This document shows, one piece after another, positions 1-8,477 of a stretch of 64,000 bases of DNA. Where the stretch lies: positions 6,989-70,988 of the forward strand of contig DXFS01000019.1 of assembly GCA_019114345.1 (NCBI GenBank). The letters are read 5' to 3'. The stretch comes from Candidatus Agathobaculum pullistercoris. Lineage in GTDB: Bacteria > Bacillota > Clostridia > Oscillospirales > Butyricicoccaceae. How positions within the stretch are numbered: position 1 is the stretch's first letter; every line of letters starts with the position of its first letter. Below the pieces are notes generated by a model. It saw only the letters and a list, made by a program, of their open reading frames with translations, did no database searches and was not told the origin of the DNA. The position numbers and the translations under genes are program-made.

Positions 1-1
1 G

Positions 2-634
2 GTGTATTCCGAGCAGACCATCCGCCGGCTGGCTGAGCTGTTGCGGGAGAAAGAAAAACAGTACGGCCACCCGGTCTACCTGATCTCGGATGAGCCCTAC
101 CGCGAGCTGGTGTACGACGGCGTACAGGTGCCATTTGTTCCGAATTTCTATGACGATACCATCGTCTGTTACTCCTATTCCAAGTCGCTTTCCCTGCCGG
201 GTGAGCGCATTGGCTATGTGCTTGTGCCGCCGCAGGCGGCGGACAGTGCCGATCTGTACGCCGCGGTATGCGGCGCGGGCCGTGCACTCGGCTATGTGTG
301 CGCGCCCAGCCTGTTCCAGCGCGTCGTGGCGCGCTGCACCGGACTGACCGGCGATCTGGCGGTGTACAAGACCAACCGGGACTTGCTGTATGACGGCCTG
401 ACCGCGATGGGCTACCGCTGTGTCAAGCCTGCGGGCGCGTTTTATCTGTTCCCGCAGACACTCGATCCGGACGACCGCGCGTTCTGCGAGCGGGCGAAGA
501 AATACGACCTGCTGGTTGTGCCGGGCACAGATTTCGGGGCTCCGGGACACATGCGTATTTCCTACTGCGTTGCGACAGATACGATCCGCCGCGCGCTGCC
601 TCTGTTCGAAAAGCTGGCGGCGGAATATCGCTAA
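2..634 (+). CDS. PLP-dependent aminotransferase class I/II (aspartate aminotransferase-like), 5' truncated
   Basis: SDEPY motif, SYSKSLSLPGERIG PLP-lysine motif, GAFYLF, C-terminal MRISY. Confidence 0.93.
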   Translation: MYSEQTIRRLAELLREKEKQYGHPVYLISDEPYRELVYDGVQVPFVPNFYDDTIVCYSYSKSLSLPGERIGYVLVPPQAADSADLYAAVCGAGRALGYVCAPSLFQRVVARCTGLTGDLAVYKTNRDLLYDGLTAMGYRCVKPAGAFYLFPQTLDPDDRAFCERAKKYDLLVVPGTDFGAPGHMRISYCVATDTIRRALPLFEKLAAEYR

Positions 635-836
635 AAACTGTTAATTTTAATGGTACATTATGGTTATTTGTGTGTAAAATGTTAATAGAAAATGTGATTA
701 TGCACAAATATATATCGTGTTTATTATACAATATTCATAAAAGCTGCCGCTTGTTTTCAGTTGTCGCGCCGTGTATGATAATGATAGAGATCAGGAAAAC
801 GGTCTCATAATATCACACAAAGGAGCGTGACAAACA

Positions 837-941
837 ATGATGAAGGGTTACTTCAACGATCTGGTTGCAGTCCGTACGCTGGATCTGAACGCGAACCGCG
901 TCAAGACGATGTCCCGCAAGGCACGTCGTGCTGCCAAGTAA
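837..941 (+). CDS. small basic protein, 34 aa (MMKGYFNDLVAVRTLDLNANRVKTMSRKARRAAK)
   Basis: AAAGGAG RBS at ~819-825; TTGTTT-17-TATGAT promoter-like sequence at 751-779; terminator downstream; too short for the ORF track. Confidence 0.6.
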   Translation: MMKGYFNDLVAVRTLDLNANRVKTMSRKARRAAK

Positions 942-1011
942 TGTGATGACATTACGGCGGCGTGGCTGCCCGAAGGAGTCGAAAAGAGAATGATAAGTGA
1001 AAGCGGTATGT

Positions 1012-1044
1012 AAAAGACCTTCCGGAATGGTTCGGAAGGTCTTT
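1012..1044. terminator. bidirectional intrinsic terminator
   Basis: AAAAGACCTTCCG-loop-CGGAAGGTCTTTT between two convergent small ORFs. Confidence 0.8.
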
Positions 1045-1052
1045 TGCTGTAT

Positions 1053-1226
1053 TTACCCGGAACGGCGGGTGCTGTACAGCGCTTCGGTGCGTTGGCGGAA
1101 ATAGGCGGCGCGCTCTGCACGCGTGGCGGGGCGGATTCGTTTTTTGCCGCAGTCCGGGCAGGAGGCCGTGTGTCCGCTGCCATGGAACAAAAAGTGGCAG
1201 CATTTGGTTTGACAACAGTAGATCAT
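1053..1226 (-). CDS. small zinc-ribbon-like protein, 57 aa
   Basis: GAGGTG RBS just before ATG at 1226; CCQTKCCHFLF...CPDCGK...RPAT pattern; ends at the shared terminator. Confidence 0.65.
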   Translation of the reverse strand: MIYCCQTKCCHFLFHGSGHTASCPDCGKKRIRPATRAERAAYFRQRTEALYSTRRSG

Positions 1227-1286
1227 GCTGTTCACCTCTCTTTATTTACAGGATAGCATATCCGATGTCCCATAAACCGTCCTTGC

Positions 1287-1315
1287 TTGCGGGAGCGTGG
1301 GAAAGATGCTATACT
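1287..1315 (+). promoter_or_regulatory. sigma-A-type promoter for the DMT/algI operon
   Basis: TTGCGG-17 bp-TATACT with TG extension. Confidence 0.5.
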
Positions 1316-1351
1316 GGCAGCATGATAATTTTTTGGAAGCAGGGGAATAAA

Positions 1352-2281
1352 ATGTCGGAACAAAAAGGCGCATTGCTGCGTCAATTATACATGCCTGCGG
1401 TGCTCTGCACCGCACTGTGGGGCAGTGCAGCCCCATGTATCAAAAGGGGTTACGAGCTGTTTGAGATCGCGGCGGACGCCTCGTTTTCCCAGCTGTTGTT
1501 TGCGGGCTGGCGGTTCGCGCTGGCCGGCGTGCTGGTGCTGGTCGCCGCAAAGCTTAAGGGGCACCGCATTTTGCCGGTGCGCAGCGAGTGGAAGCCGATC
1601 CTGTGGATCAGCCTGTTCCAGAGCATGCTTCAGTATGTGTGCTATTATATTGGGCTGTCTGCAACGACGGGGACAAAAGGATCGGTCCTCTCGGGGACAC
1701 AGACCTTTTTTGCACTCATCTTTGCCCATCTGTTCCTGCAAAACGACAAGCTTAACCGGCAGAAGGCGCTTGGCTGCATCTGCGGCTTTGCGGGCGTGCT
1801 CGTGTTGGGCCTGGGCGGGTTGAACGGTTTCAATCTTGCAGGGGATGGGCTGGTGCTGCTGTCTGCAGCATCCGCAGGAGCAGGTGCGCTGGTTTCCCGC
1901 ATCTTCACCCCGGGCCGCGACCCCATGCTGCTGACCGGCTGGCAGCTGCTGCTGGGCGGCCTGCTGCTCGGTGGGATCGGCGCTGCGGGCGGCGGTTGGC
2001 TGGGCGCGGTGACGCTGCCCGGCGTGCTGCTGCTCGGCTATATGATCGTGCTGTCTGCGGCGGCGTTTACGATCTGGACAGCGCTGCTCGGTAAGTTCCC
2101 GGTCGGCAAAGTCACGGTTTTTGGCTTCCTGATCCCGGTATTCGGTGCAGTCTTCTCCGCGCTTGTGCTGGGGGAGAATATCTTTACACTGCGCAACCTG
2201 GCGGCGCTCATGCTCGTCAGCGGCGGCATTGCGGTGGCCAACTACGTGCGGGAGGCTAAAAGCGGCACAGAGCAGGCATAA
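1352..2281 (+). CDS. DMT/EamA family transporter
   Basis: ~10 hydrophobic segments; LWGSA, AGWRF and LIPVFG...LGE EamA-type motifs; start moved to ATG 1352. Confidence 0.88.
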   Translation: MSEQKGALLRQLYMPAVLCTALWGSAAPCIKRGYELFEIAADASFSQLLFAGWRFALAGVLVLVAAKLKGHRILPVRSEWKPILWISLFQSMLQYVCYYIGLSATTGTKGSVLSGTQTFFALIFAHLFLQNDKLNRQKALGCICGFAGVLVLGLGGLNGFNLAGDGLVLLSAASAGAGALVSRIFTPGRDPMLLTGWQLLLGGLLLGGIGAAGGGWLGAVTLPGVLLLGYMIVLSAAAFTIWTALLGKFPVGKVTVFGFLIPVFGAVFSALVLGENIFTLRNLAALMLVSGGIAVANYVREAKSGTEQA

Positions 2282-2305
2282 TAAAGAGAAAAAGGAAATT
2301 ATCAC

Positions 2306-3682
2306 ATGGTTTTCAGTTCGGCGATCTTTCTGTTTGTTTTTCTGCCCGCAGTATTCCTGCTGGACCGCCTGGCGCGCGGCGTGCGGCTGAAGAACGCGCT
2401 GCTGCTCGCGGCGAGCCTGATTTTCTATGCATTCGGCCAGCCGGTGTATTTGCCGCTGCTGCTTGTGTCCGTGCTGCTTAACTACCTGTGCGGCCTGCTG
2501 GCAGCGGGGCGGTATCCCCGGCTCGGCGTGGGGATTGCAGTCGCTGGCGGGATCGGCATGCTGGCGGTATACAAATACGCGGACTTTGCCATTGGAACGG
2601 TGAACAGCCTGTTCGGACTGTCGCTGCCGCTGACCGGCATTGCGCTGCCGATCGGCATTTCGTTTTTCACCTTTCAGGGACTGTCCTACGTGATCGACGT
2701 GTACCGCGACCGGACGCTGGTCTCGCGTTCGTTTTTCAAGGTGCTGCTGTATATCTCCTATTTCCCGCAGCTGATCGCAGGACCGATCGTCAAATACCAC
2801 GATATCGAAAAGGAGATCGATGCGCGGCATACCACCCCGCAGGAGACCGCACTGGGCATCCGGCGGTTTATTTGCGGCCTTGCCAAAAAGCTGCTGCTCT
2901 CCAACGCGATGGGGCAGATGGCGGACACGGTGTTCGCCTTGCCCGCCGGGGAGATCGGCATGTTCGCCGCCTGGACGGGCGCGGTCTGTTACACCCTGCA
3001 GATCTACTTCGATTTTTCCGGCTACAGCGATATGGCCATCGGCATGGGCCGCATGTTTGGGTTTCACTTCCTGGAGAACTTCAACTATCCGTACGCTTCG
3101 ACCACGATCAAGGAGTTCTGGCGGCGGTGGCATATCTCGTTGTCGACCTGGTTCCGCGATTACCTGTATATCCCGCTGGGCGGCAACCGGAAGGGCCGCG
3201 GACGCACCTGGGTCAACCGTTTTCTTGTGTTTTTCGCCACCGGACTGTGGCACGGCGCAAGCTGGAATTTTGTGCTCTGGGGGCTGTGGCACGGCCTGTT
3301 TTCGGTGCTGGAGGACTGCGGAGCGCTGCCGGTGAAGCGGTTCAAAGGCAGGCTGACGGGGCGGGTGTATACGCTGCTCGTCGTGGTGCTGGGCTTTACG
3401 CTGTTCCGCGCGGACACGCTCGCGCAGGCGGGCGCGATGTTTGCGGCCATGTTCACCGGCGTCGGTCTGGAATGGGCAGGCACCGCGGCCGTGTGCGCGC
3501 GGCTGACGCCGGTGTTCCTGCTCACGCTGGCCTTTGCGCTGGCGCTCAGCTTTCCGGTATCCAAACGGCTCCGGCCGAAGAACGACACGGTGACGCTCGC
3601 GGGCGCATTGGTACTGCTCGTGCTGTGCATGTTCAACCTGTCGGCGGGAACCTTCAACCCGTTTATCTATTTCCGTTTCTGA
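2306..3682 (+). CDS. algI: MBOAT O-acyltransferase, AlgI/PatA family
   Basis: LPIGISFFTFQ, FPQLIAGPI, YFDFSGYSDMAIG, ENFNYPY, FWRRWHISLS, GLWHGA, C-terminal FIYFRF. Confidence 0.93.
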   Translation: MVFSSAIFLFVFLPAVFLLDRLARGVRLKNALLLAASLIFYAFGQPVYLPLLLVSVLLNYLCGLLAAGRYPRLGVGIAVAGGIGMLAVYKYADFAIGTVNSLFGLSLPLTGIALPIGISFFTFQGLSYVIDVYRDRTLVSRSFFKVLLYISYFPQLIAGPIVKYHDIEKEIDARHTTPQETALGIRRFICGLAKKLLLSNAMGQMADTVFALPAGEIGMFAAWTGAVCYTLQIYFDFSGYSDMAIGMGRMFGFHFLENFNYPYASTTIKEFWRRWHISLSTWFRDYLYIPLGGNRKGRGRTWVNRFLVFFATGLWHGASWNFVLWGLWHGLFSVLEDCGALPVKRFKGRLTGRVYTLLVVVLGFTLFRADTLAQAGAMFAAMFTGVGLEWAGTAAVCARLTPVFLLTLAFALALSFPVSKRLRPKNDTVTLAGALVLLVLCMFNLSAGTFNPFIYFRF

Positions 3683-3692
3683 GGAGGGCCGC

Positions 3693-4772
3693 ATGAAATA
3701 CAAGATTTTTACCGCAGCCTTCCTGCTGCTCTGCATCATCCCCTCGGCGGGCATGCTGTTTCTGCCGCCGACCGAGGCCGCGGCAAACGAGCGCCTGACC
3801 GCTGTGCCGCAGCTCAAAAATGAGGACGGCAGCTGGAACACCGAAGTGCTCGATCAGGTGACCGACTACATTGCCGACCATTTCGCCTTGCGGCAGGAGA
3901 TGGTGACCGCGAACGCGACGCTGCAGACCAAAGTGCTTGCCACTTCACCGGCGGAGGACGTGATCTACGGCACGGACGGCTGGCTGTACTATGCCGAGAC
4001 GCTGGACGACTACCAGAACCGCGCGACGCTGAGCGACGAAGAGGTGCGGCAGATCGCGCAGACCATAGCGGACATGCAGGCGTTCTGTGAAGCGCGCGGC
4101 GCGCGGTTCGTGTTCACGATCGCACCCAATAAAAATTCGCTCTATCCGGAGCACATGCCCGCGCGCTATTTGCAAAGCAGCGGGCAGGGCAACTATGAGA
4201 AGCTAAAGCCCCTGCTCGAGGAATACGGGGTCAACTATGCAGACCTGTTCGCCTTTTTGTCCGCGCAGGACGAGGTGCTTTACCTCCAAACCGACTCGCA
4301 CTGGACCAACCGCGGCGCGGCGCTTGCGCACGATTTCCTGATGGAGGCGCTTGGGCTGCCGCATACGGCATTCGCGCAGGCGGCATATACCACGGAAAAC
4401 ACGCATCACGGCGACCTGTATGGAATGCTCTACCCCAAGGGGACGGCGCTTGAGGAGCAGCAGCAGTATCAAACGAGCTTTACCCATGTCAGCGAGCCGC
4501 GGACAGCGGAGGATATCCTGATCCAGACCACCAGCCCGGACGCGCCGAACGGGCGGCTGCTCTTGTTCCGCGATTCGTTCGGCAATGCGCTCTATCCCTT
4601 TATGGCGGAGGACTTCCGTGAGGCGACCATCACGCGCCAGATGCCCTATCCGCTTACGCAGGTGCAGGCGGGGGACACGGTGGTCGTGGAGATTGTCGAG
4701 CGCAATCTGGCGAATTTGCTCAAATATCCCCCGGATTTCGGGAACCAAACGCAGACGGATTCCGTCGAATGA
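3693..4772 (+). CDS. AlgJ/AlgX-like SGNH O-acetyltransferase (DHHW type)
   Basis: N-terminal TM; GTDGWLYY, APNK, TDSHWT, GDL, RDSFG, IVERN; directly follows algI. Confidence 0.88.
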   Translation: MKYKIFTAAFLLLCIIPSAGMLFLPPTEAAANERLTAVPQLKNEDGSWNTEVLDQVTDYIADHFALRQEMVTANATLQTKVLATSPAEDVIYGTDGWLYYAETLDDYQNRATLSDEEVRQIAQTIADMQAFCEARGARFVFTIAPNKNSLYPEHMPARYLQSSGQGNYEKLKPLLEEYGVNYADLFAFLSAQDEVLYLQTDSHWTNRGAALAHDFLMEALGLPHTAFAQAAYTTENTHHGDLYGMLYPKGTALEEQQQYQTSFTHVSEPRTAEDILIQTTSPDAPNGRLLLFRDSFGNALYPFMAEDFREATITRQMPYPLTQVQAGDTVVVEIVERNLANLLKYPPDFGNQTQTDSVE

Positions 4773-4799
4773 ACAGAACGCTACAGGAGGATAAAGAAA

Positions 4800-5441
4800 A
4801 TGAAAAAATGGACTGCATTCCTGCTCGCACTGGCGCTGTGCGGCAGCCTGGCTGCCTGCGGTGGCGGCAATAACGCCCAAGCGGACAGTACTGAGGGCAA
4901 AACGGAAACCGTAGAGACGGTCAAGCCCGAGGATACCGCGGAGAAGGACGAACAGGCCGAAAAGGATGCGGCGGACAACGATCAGGCGGACGCGGATCAG
5001 CCCACATCACAGCAGACCCAGCAGGGCGCGGCATCCGGCTCAGGCAGCAGCACGACTGCCGGCAGCACCACCTCGTCGGGGATTGGAAGTACGTCGGGAA
5101 ATACCTCATCTAACAAGGGCAGCGGCTCTGCTGTTGCCCCCAGCACGGGCAACAGCACGGCAAGCAAACCGCAGACCAGCACGCCGGCTCCGGCACCTGC
5201 GCCCGAGCCGGAACCTGCCCCGGAGCCCGAGCCGGAACCGGCCGCCCCGACCGCTGCACAGGCCTCCGGTTATATCGGCGGCTCGGCATCCGCGCTCGAG
5301 AGTGCGCTGGGTTCGCCAAACTCCAAGAGCTATTCGCCCAGCTGCATGGGAGAGGGTGAGGACGGCATCTGGAGCTACAGCGGCTTTACCGTCTATACCT
5401 ACCGCGAGAACGGCGTCGAGACCGTGGAAGCGGTACAGTAA
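4800..5441 (+). CDS. lipoprotein with Ser/Thr/Gly- and Pro-Glu-rich linker and a small C-terminal domain
   Basis: AGGAGG RBS; signal peptide with LAAC lipobox; PAPAPEPEP repeats. Confidence 0.85.
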   Translation: MKKWTAFLLALALCGSLAACGGGNNAQADSTEGKTETVETVKPEDTAEKDEQAEKDAADNDQADADQPTSQQTQQGAASGSGSSTTAGSTTSSGIGSTSGNTSSNKGSGSAVAPSTGNSTASKPQTSTPAPAPAPEPEPAPEPEPEPAAPTAAQASGYIGGSASALESALGSPNSKSYSPSCMGEGEDGIWSYSGFTVYTYRENGVETVEAVQ

Positions 5442-5455
5442 TACATGGATGAAAC

Positions 5456-5491
5456 AAAAAGGGATCGGAAACAGCGTTTCCGATCCCTTTT
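5456..5491 (+). terminator. intrinsic terminator
   Basis: AAAAGGGATCGGAAAC-loop-GTTTCCGATCCCTTTT. Confidence 0.88.
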
Positions 5492-5502
5492 ACATGTTTG
5501 CA

Positions 5503-5561
5503 TTGACAACCGATATGGGCTGTGCTATACTGAATTAACTAAATTACTAATTTACTAATTT
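5503..5561 (+). promoter_or_regulatory. near-consensus sigma-A promoter followed by three tandem ACTAAWTT repeats
   Basis: TTGACA(5503)-17-TATACT(5526) with TG extension; repeats at 5538, 5546, 5554. Confidence 0.8.
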
Positions 5562-5584
5562 TCTTAATGGAAAGTGAGAAACAG

Positions 5585-6082
5585 ATGAAGATACCGACTA
5601 CACTTAAGCACAAACCGGTAATCACAGTAGAAAATTATGAAGAAGTAGATGGCCGTACCGCCTATCACAGCGATGCAAAGGGGTTGTCGCTCGGTCTGGC
5701 GCAGTGGAACGACCGCGGCCGTGTGGATATCTCCGCCAAGGTGTGGCGCTATACGGGCGAAAAATGGTCGCGCCAGTCCGAGGAATTGCCGCTGCACCGC
5801 GTGCTCGATCTGGCGATCCTGATCTGCCGTGCGCGCGGTTATTTTGCAGATGCCTACCGCTATCCCAAACTCTATGACGAGGAAGAGCCGCAGATCGACC
5901 GCATCGGCGTGCAGGGGGATGCGATGACCGTGTCTGTATGCACGGATAACCCGATGATCGACGAGGATATCCGGCTGTTTTCCGAAGCCCTCTCGCGGGA
6001 CGATGAGCTGCTTGCCGAGCGGCTGCATGTGCTGAGCAATCTGCTGCAGGACATGGGCTACGGCCGAAGAAAGCGGGACTGA
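5585..6082 (+). CDS. DUF6530-like conserved Firmicutes protein
   Basis: Recognised N-terminus MKIPTTLKHKPVI and GLSLGLAQWNDRG...WSRQSEELPLHRVLDLAIL. Confidence 0.75.
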   Translation: MKIPTTLKHKPVITVENYEEVDGRTAYHSDAKGLSLGLAQWNDRGRVDISAKVWRYTGEKWSRQSEELPLHRVLDLAILICRARGYFADAYRYPKLYDEEEPQIDRIGVQGDAMTVSVCTDNPMIDEDIRLFSEALSRDDELLAERLHVLSNLLQDMGYGRRKRD

Positions 6083-6096
6083 GCAAAAAAGCAGAC

Positions 6097-6130
6097 AAAA
6101 AACGCATCGCACTGCTGCGATGCGTTTTCG
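6097..6130. terminator. bidirectional terminator
   Basis: AAAACGCATCGCA-loop-TGCGATGCGTTTT between convergent genes. Confidence 0.8.
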
Positions 6131-6167
6131 TTTGTTCAAAGGCCAGCGGCTGAGTGCGGTGCGCATA

Positions 6168-6590
6168 TTAGAACAACGGCAGCTCTCCGGTGATCGGGTC
6201 CACCGTTTCAGGCAGCGCAGGTTCAAACGCCAGACAGGTATAGGTCGGTTTGCCGTGGAACTCGGTGATGCCGTTGTCACAGATCAGGGCGGAGATCAGC
6301 CCGGCTTCCTTTGCCCTGCGGTCGACCGCAAGGAGCGCCTCCTCGGAGTCTACATACAGGCATACCTTGGCCACGCCCCGCGCGAACCATTCGCTGAGCG
6401 GCGTGGCAGGCTGTCCGGACGGCAGCAGGGAGATGCCGCCGTTTTCGGCATGCACCTGCGACAGCCGCCCTTCGCGCTCGAGAGCCGCGAGGACGGCTGT
6501 CACGCAGGCATGCCCTGCCTGCGCGGCGATCTTGCCCTTGCGCATCTTCAGGTCGCGGCGCACAACGATCATCTGCTTGGGCTTGTCCAT
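6168..6590 (-). CDS. pth2: peptidyl-tRNA hydrolase type 2 (PTH2 family)
   Basis: KQMIVVRRDLKMRKGKIAAQAGHA, KVCL, DNGITE, TGELPLF. Confidence 0.9.
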   Translation of the reverse strand: MDKPKQMIVVRRDLKMRKGKIAAQAGHACVTAVLAALEREGRLSQVHAENGGISLLPSGQPATPLSEWFARGVAKVCLYVDSEEALLAVDRRAKEAGLISALICDNGITEFHGKPTYTCLAFEPALPETVDPITGELPLF

Positions 6591-6606
6591 TGCCGCCCTC
6601 CTTTGC

Positions 6607-7500
6607 TCATTCCACAGTATTGGTCAGCTTGCCGATGCCTTCGATCTCGCAGGTAACAACGTCGCCTTTTTTGAGGAATTTCGGCGGCGTAAAGCCCATG
6701 CCCACGCCCGCTGGTGTGCCGGTAGCGATGATTGTGCCTGCGCGCAGCGTCATGCCCTGCGACAGCTCGGAGATAATCTCTGCGACCGAGTGCAGCAGGT
6801 GGTCGGTGTTGCTGTTCTGCCGCACCTCGCCGTTGACAGTCGAGGAAATGGCGAGCGCGGGCGGGAACGCGATCTCGTCCGCTGTCACAATGCACGGCCC
6901 CATGGGGGTGAAGCCGTCCAGCGACTTGCCGAAATACCACTGGTTATGCTCGGTCTGCAGATTGCGGGCGGACACATCGTTGACGATCGTGTAGCCGAAG
7001 ATATAATTCGGCGCCTCGCTCTGGCTGACCTTTCTGCAATCCCTGCCGATAACCACGCCGAGTTCGACCTCATAGTCCAGTTCGGTCACCAGGCCTTCGT
7101 AGGACGGGATCGGGTCGCCGCTGCCCGTCGTCTCATAAGCACGCTTGCTGAAATAGGTCGCTTTTTCCCGGCTCAGCAGGAAGGACTGCTCATGGAAACG
7201 CGCGGATTCGACCGCATGGTCGGCATAATTGATGCCAAGGCAGACGATGTCCTGCTCCGGATGCGGGATCGGCGAGCGCAGGCGCACGTTCGTCAGCCGC
7301 AGTGCATTGCCCTCGGTCGCATTTTCCGCATCTGCGATGCGGGAAAGCTGTGCCGGGGTGATATGGCAGATCAAGTCGTGCATGTCCCTGAACTTGAGGC
7401 CGAACGCCTCAAGCGGCCACAGCATGCCGCGCCAGCCGGAACATTCTACGCCGATGCGGTCGACGCCGTCGTTGTTGATTTGATATGTATACAGCTTCAT
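6607..7500 (-). CDS. fumarylacetoacetate hydrolase family protein
   Basis: CLGINYADH, LDYEVELGVVIG, NDVSARNLQ, GKSLDGFTPMGP, ATGTPAGVG. Confidence 0.93.
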   Translation of the reverse strand: MKLYTYQINNDGVDRIGVECSGWRGMLWPLEAFGLKFRDMHDLICHITPAQLSRIADAENATEGNALRLTNVRLRSPIPHPEQDIVCLGINYADHAVESARFHEQSFLLSREKATYFSKRAYETTGSGDPIPSYEGLVTELDYEVELGVVIGRDCRKVSQSEAPNYIFGYTIVNDVSARNLQTEHNQWYFGKSLDGFTPMGPCIVTADEIAFPPALAISSTVNGEVRQNSNTDHLLHSVAEIISELSQGMTLRAGTIIATGTPAGVGMGFTPPKFLKKGDVVTCEIEGIGKLTNTVE

Positions 7501-7633
7501 TGGGTTTCACGCTCCTGTTGGTTTTTCCCGCTTCATCATAGCACATTCTGCACAAAATATAAAGCATCTGTTTGAACTTTTTCACAAAGTATGGTATCCT
7601 TTTATCAGACTGTAACAAAAGAAGGTGTGCACT

Positions 7634-7807
7634 GTGGCCGGAACTTGTGAGGACTGCGTTTACAATGTTTACGATGACGAGATGGATGAGTACATTTGCG
7701 AAGCATATCTGGACGAGGATGAGTTTTACCGCCTGATAGAACGCGGAGGAGCGTGTCCGTACTACCGTTCCGGAGATGACTACGAACTGGTGCGCCATCA
7801 AAACTAA
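7634..7807 (+). CDS. small acidic Cys-rich protein (DUF6472-like)
   Basis: CEDC...YIC...LDEDE...CPYY...DDY; upstream TTGAAC-17-TATCCT; start may be 7625 or 7634. Confidence 0.7.
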   Translation: MAGTCEDCVYNVYDDEMDEYICEAYLDEDEFYRLIERGGACPYYRSGDDYELVRHQN

Positions 7808-7821
7808 GGGGTGAAGGAAAG

Positions 7822-8403
7822 ATGACGGAGAAGGAAAAAGCGGCTGCAGGGCTGCTGTATGACGCAAACTATGATCCGGAGATCCTGCAGGAACGGGCCC
7901 GCGCAAAGGATCTGTGCCTGGACTATAACCTGACCCGCAGCAGCCAGACGGAGGAGCGTCTGCGCCTGCTTCGCACGCTGCTTGCCGTATGTCATGATGA
8001 CATTGTGATCGTACCACCGTTTTATGTGGATCTTGGTTACAATATCCGCACCGGGCAGGGCTTTTATGCCAACCATAACCTTGTGATCCTGGACGAAGCT
8101 CCCGTCACATTCGGCGACCATGTGTTCATTGGCCCGAACTGCTGCTTTTCCACAGCCGGGCACCCGGTGGATGTTGCGCAGCGCAATGCCGGGCTGGAAT
8201 ACGCCAAGCCGATCACGGTTGGAAACAATGTATGGATCGGAATGGGTGTGCAGGTGCTGCCGGGCGTGACGATCGGGGACAACGCCGTGATCGGCGCGGG
8301 CAGCGTGGTCACGAAAGACATCCCCGCAGGGATGCTGGCGGTCGGGGCGCCCTGCCGCCCGATCCGGCAGATCGCGGAAAAGCCGCGCCGTGTGATCCTG
8401 TAG
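7822..8403 (+). CDS. maa: maltose/sugar O-acetyltransferase
   Basis: TEKEKAAAGLLY N-terminus, PPFYVDLGYNI, hexapeptide repeats, GAGSVVTKDIP. Confidence 0.9.
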   Translation: MTEKEKAAAGLLYDANYDPEILQERARAKDLCLDYNLTRSSQTEERLRLLRTLLAVCHDDIVIVPPFYVDLGYNIRTGQGFYANHNLVILDEAPVTFGDHVFIGPNCCFSTAGHPVDVAQRNAGLEYAKPITVGNNVWIGMGVQVLPGVTIGDNAVIGAGSVVTKDIPAGMLAVGAPCRPIRQIAEKPRRVIL

Positions 8404-8435
8404 AGCAGAAAGCGGCTGCCGCGCAAACAGATCGG

Positions 8436-8462
8436 AAAAGCCACGCAAACGGCGTGGCTTTT
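8436..8462. terminator. bidirectional terminator
   Basis: AAAAGCCACGC-loop-GCGTGGCTTTT between maa and treC. Confidence 0.8.
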
Positions 8463-8477
8463 GACCTGTCCGGATGC

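Noticed and set aside
1044-1256. 70-aa plus-strand ORF
   Set aside because: Starts inside the terminator without an RBS; the opposite-strand Cys-rich ORF has better support.
1385-3841. 818-aa minus-strand ORF
   Set aside because: Antisense shadow of the DMT and algI genes in GC-rich DNA; no motifs.
5180-5250. Short tandem repeats as possible CRISPR or VNTR
   Set aside because: They encode the PAPAPEPEP linker; no repeat-spacer array or cas genes were seen in the window.
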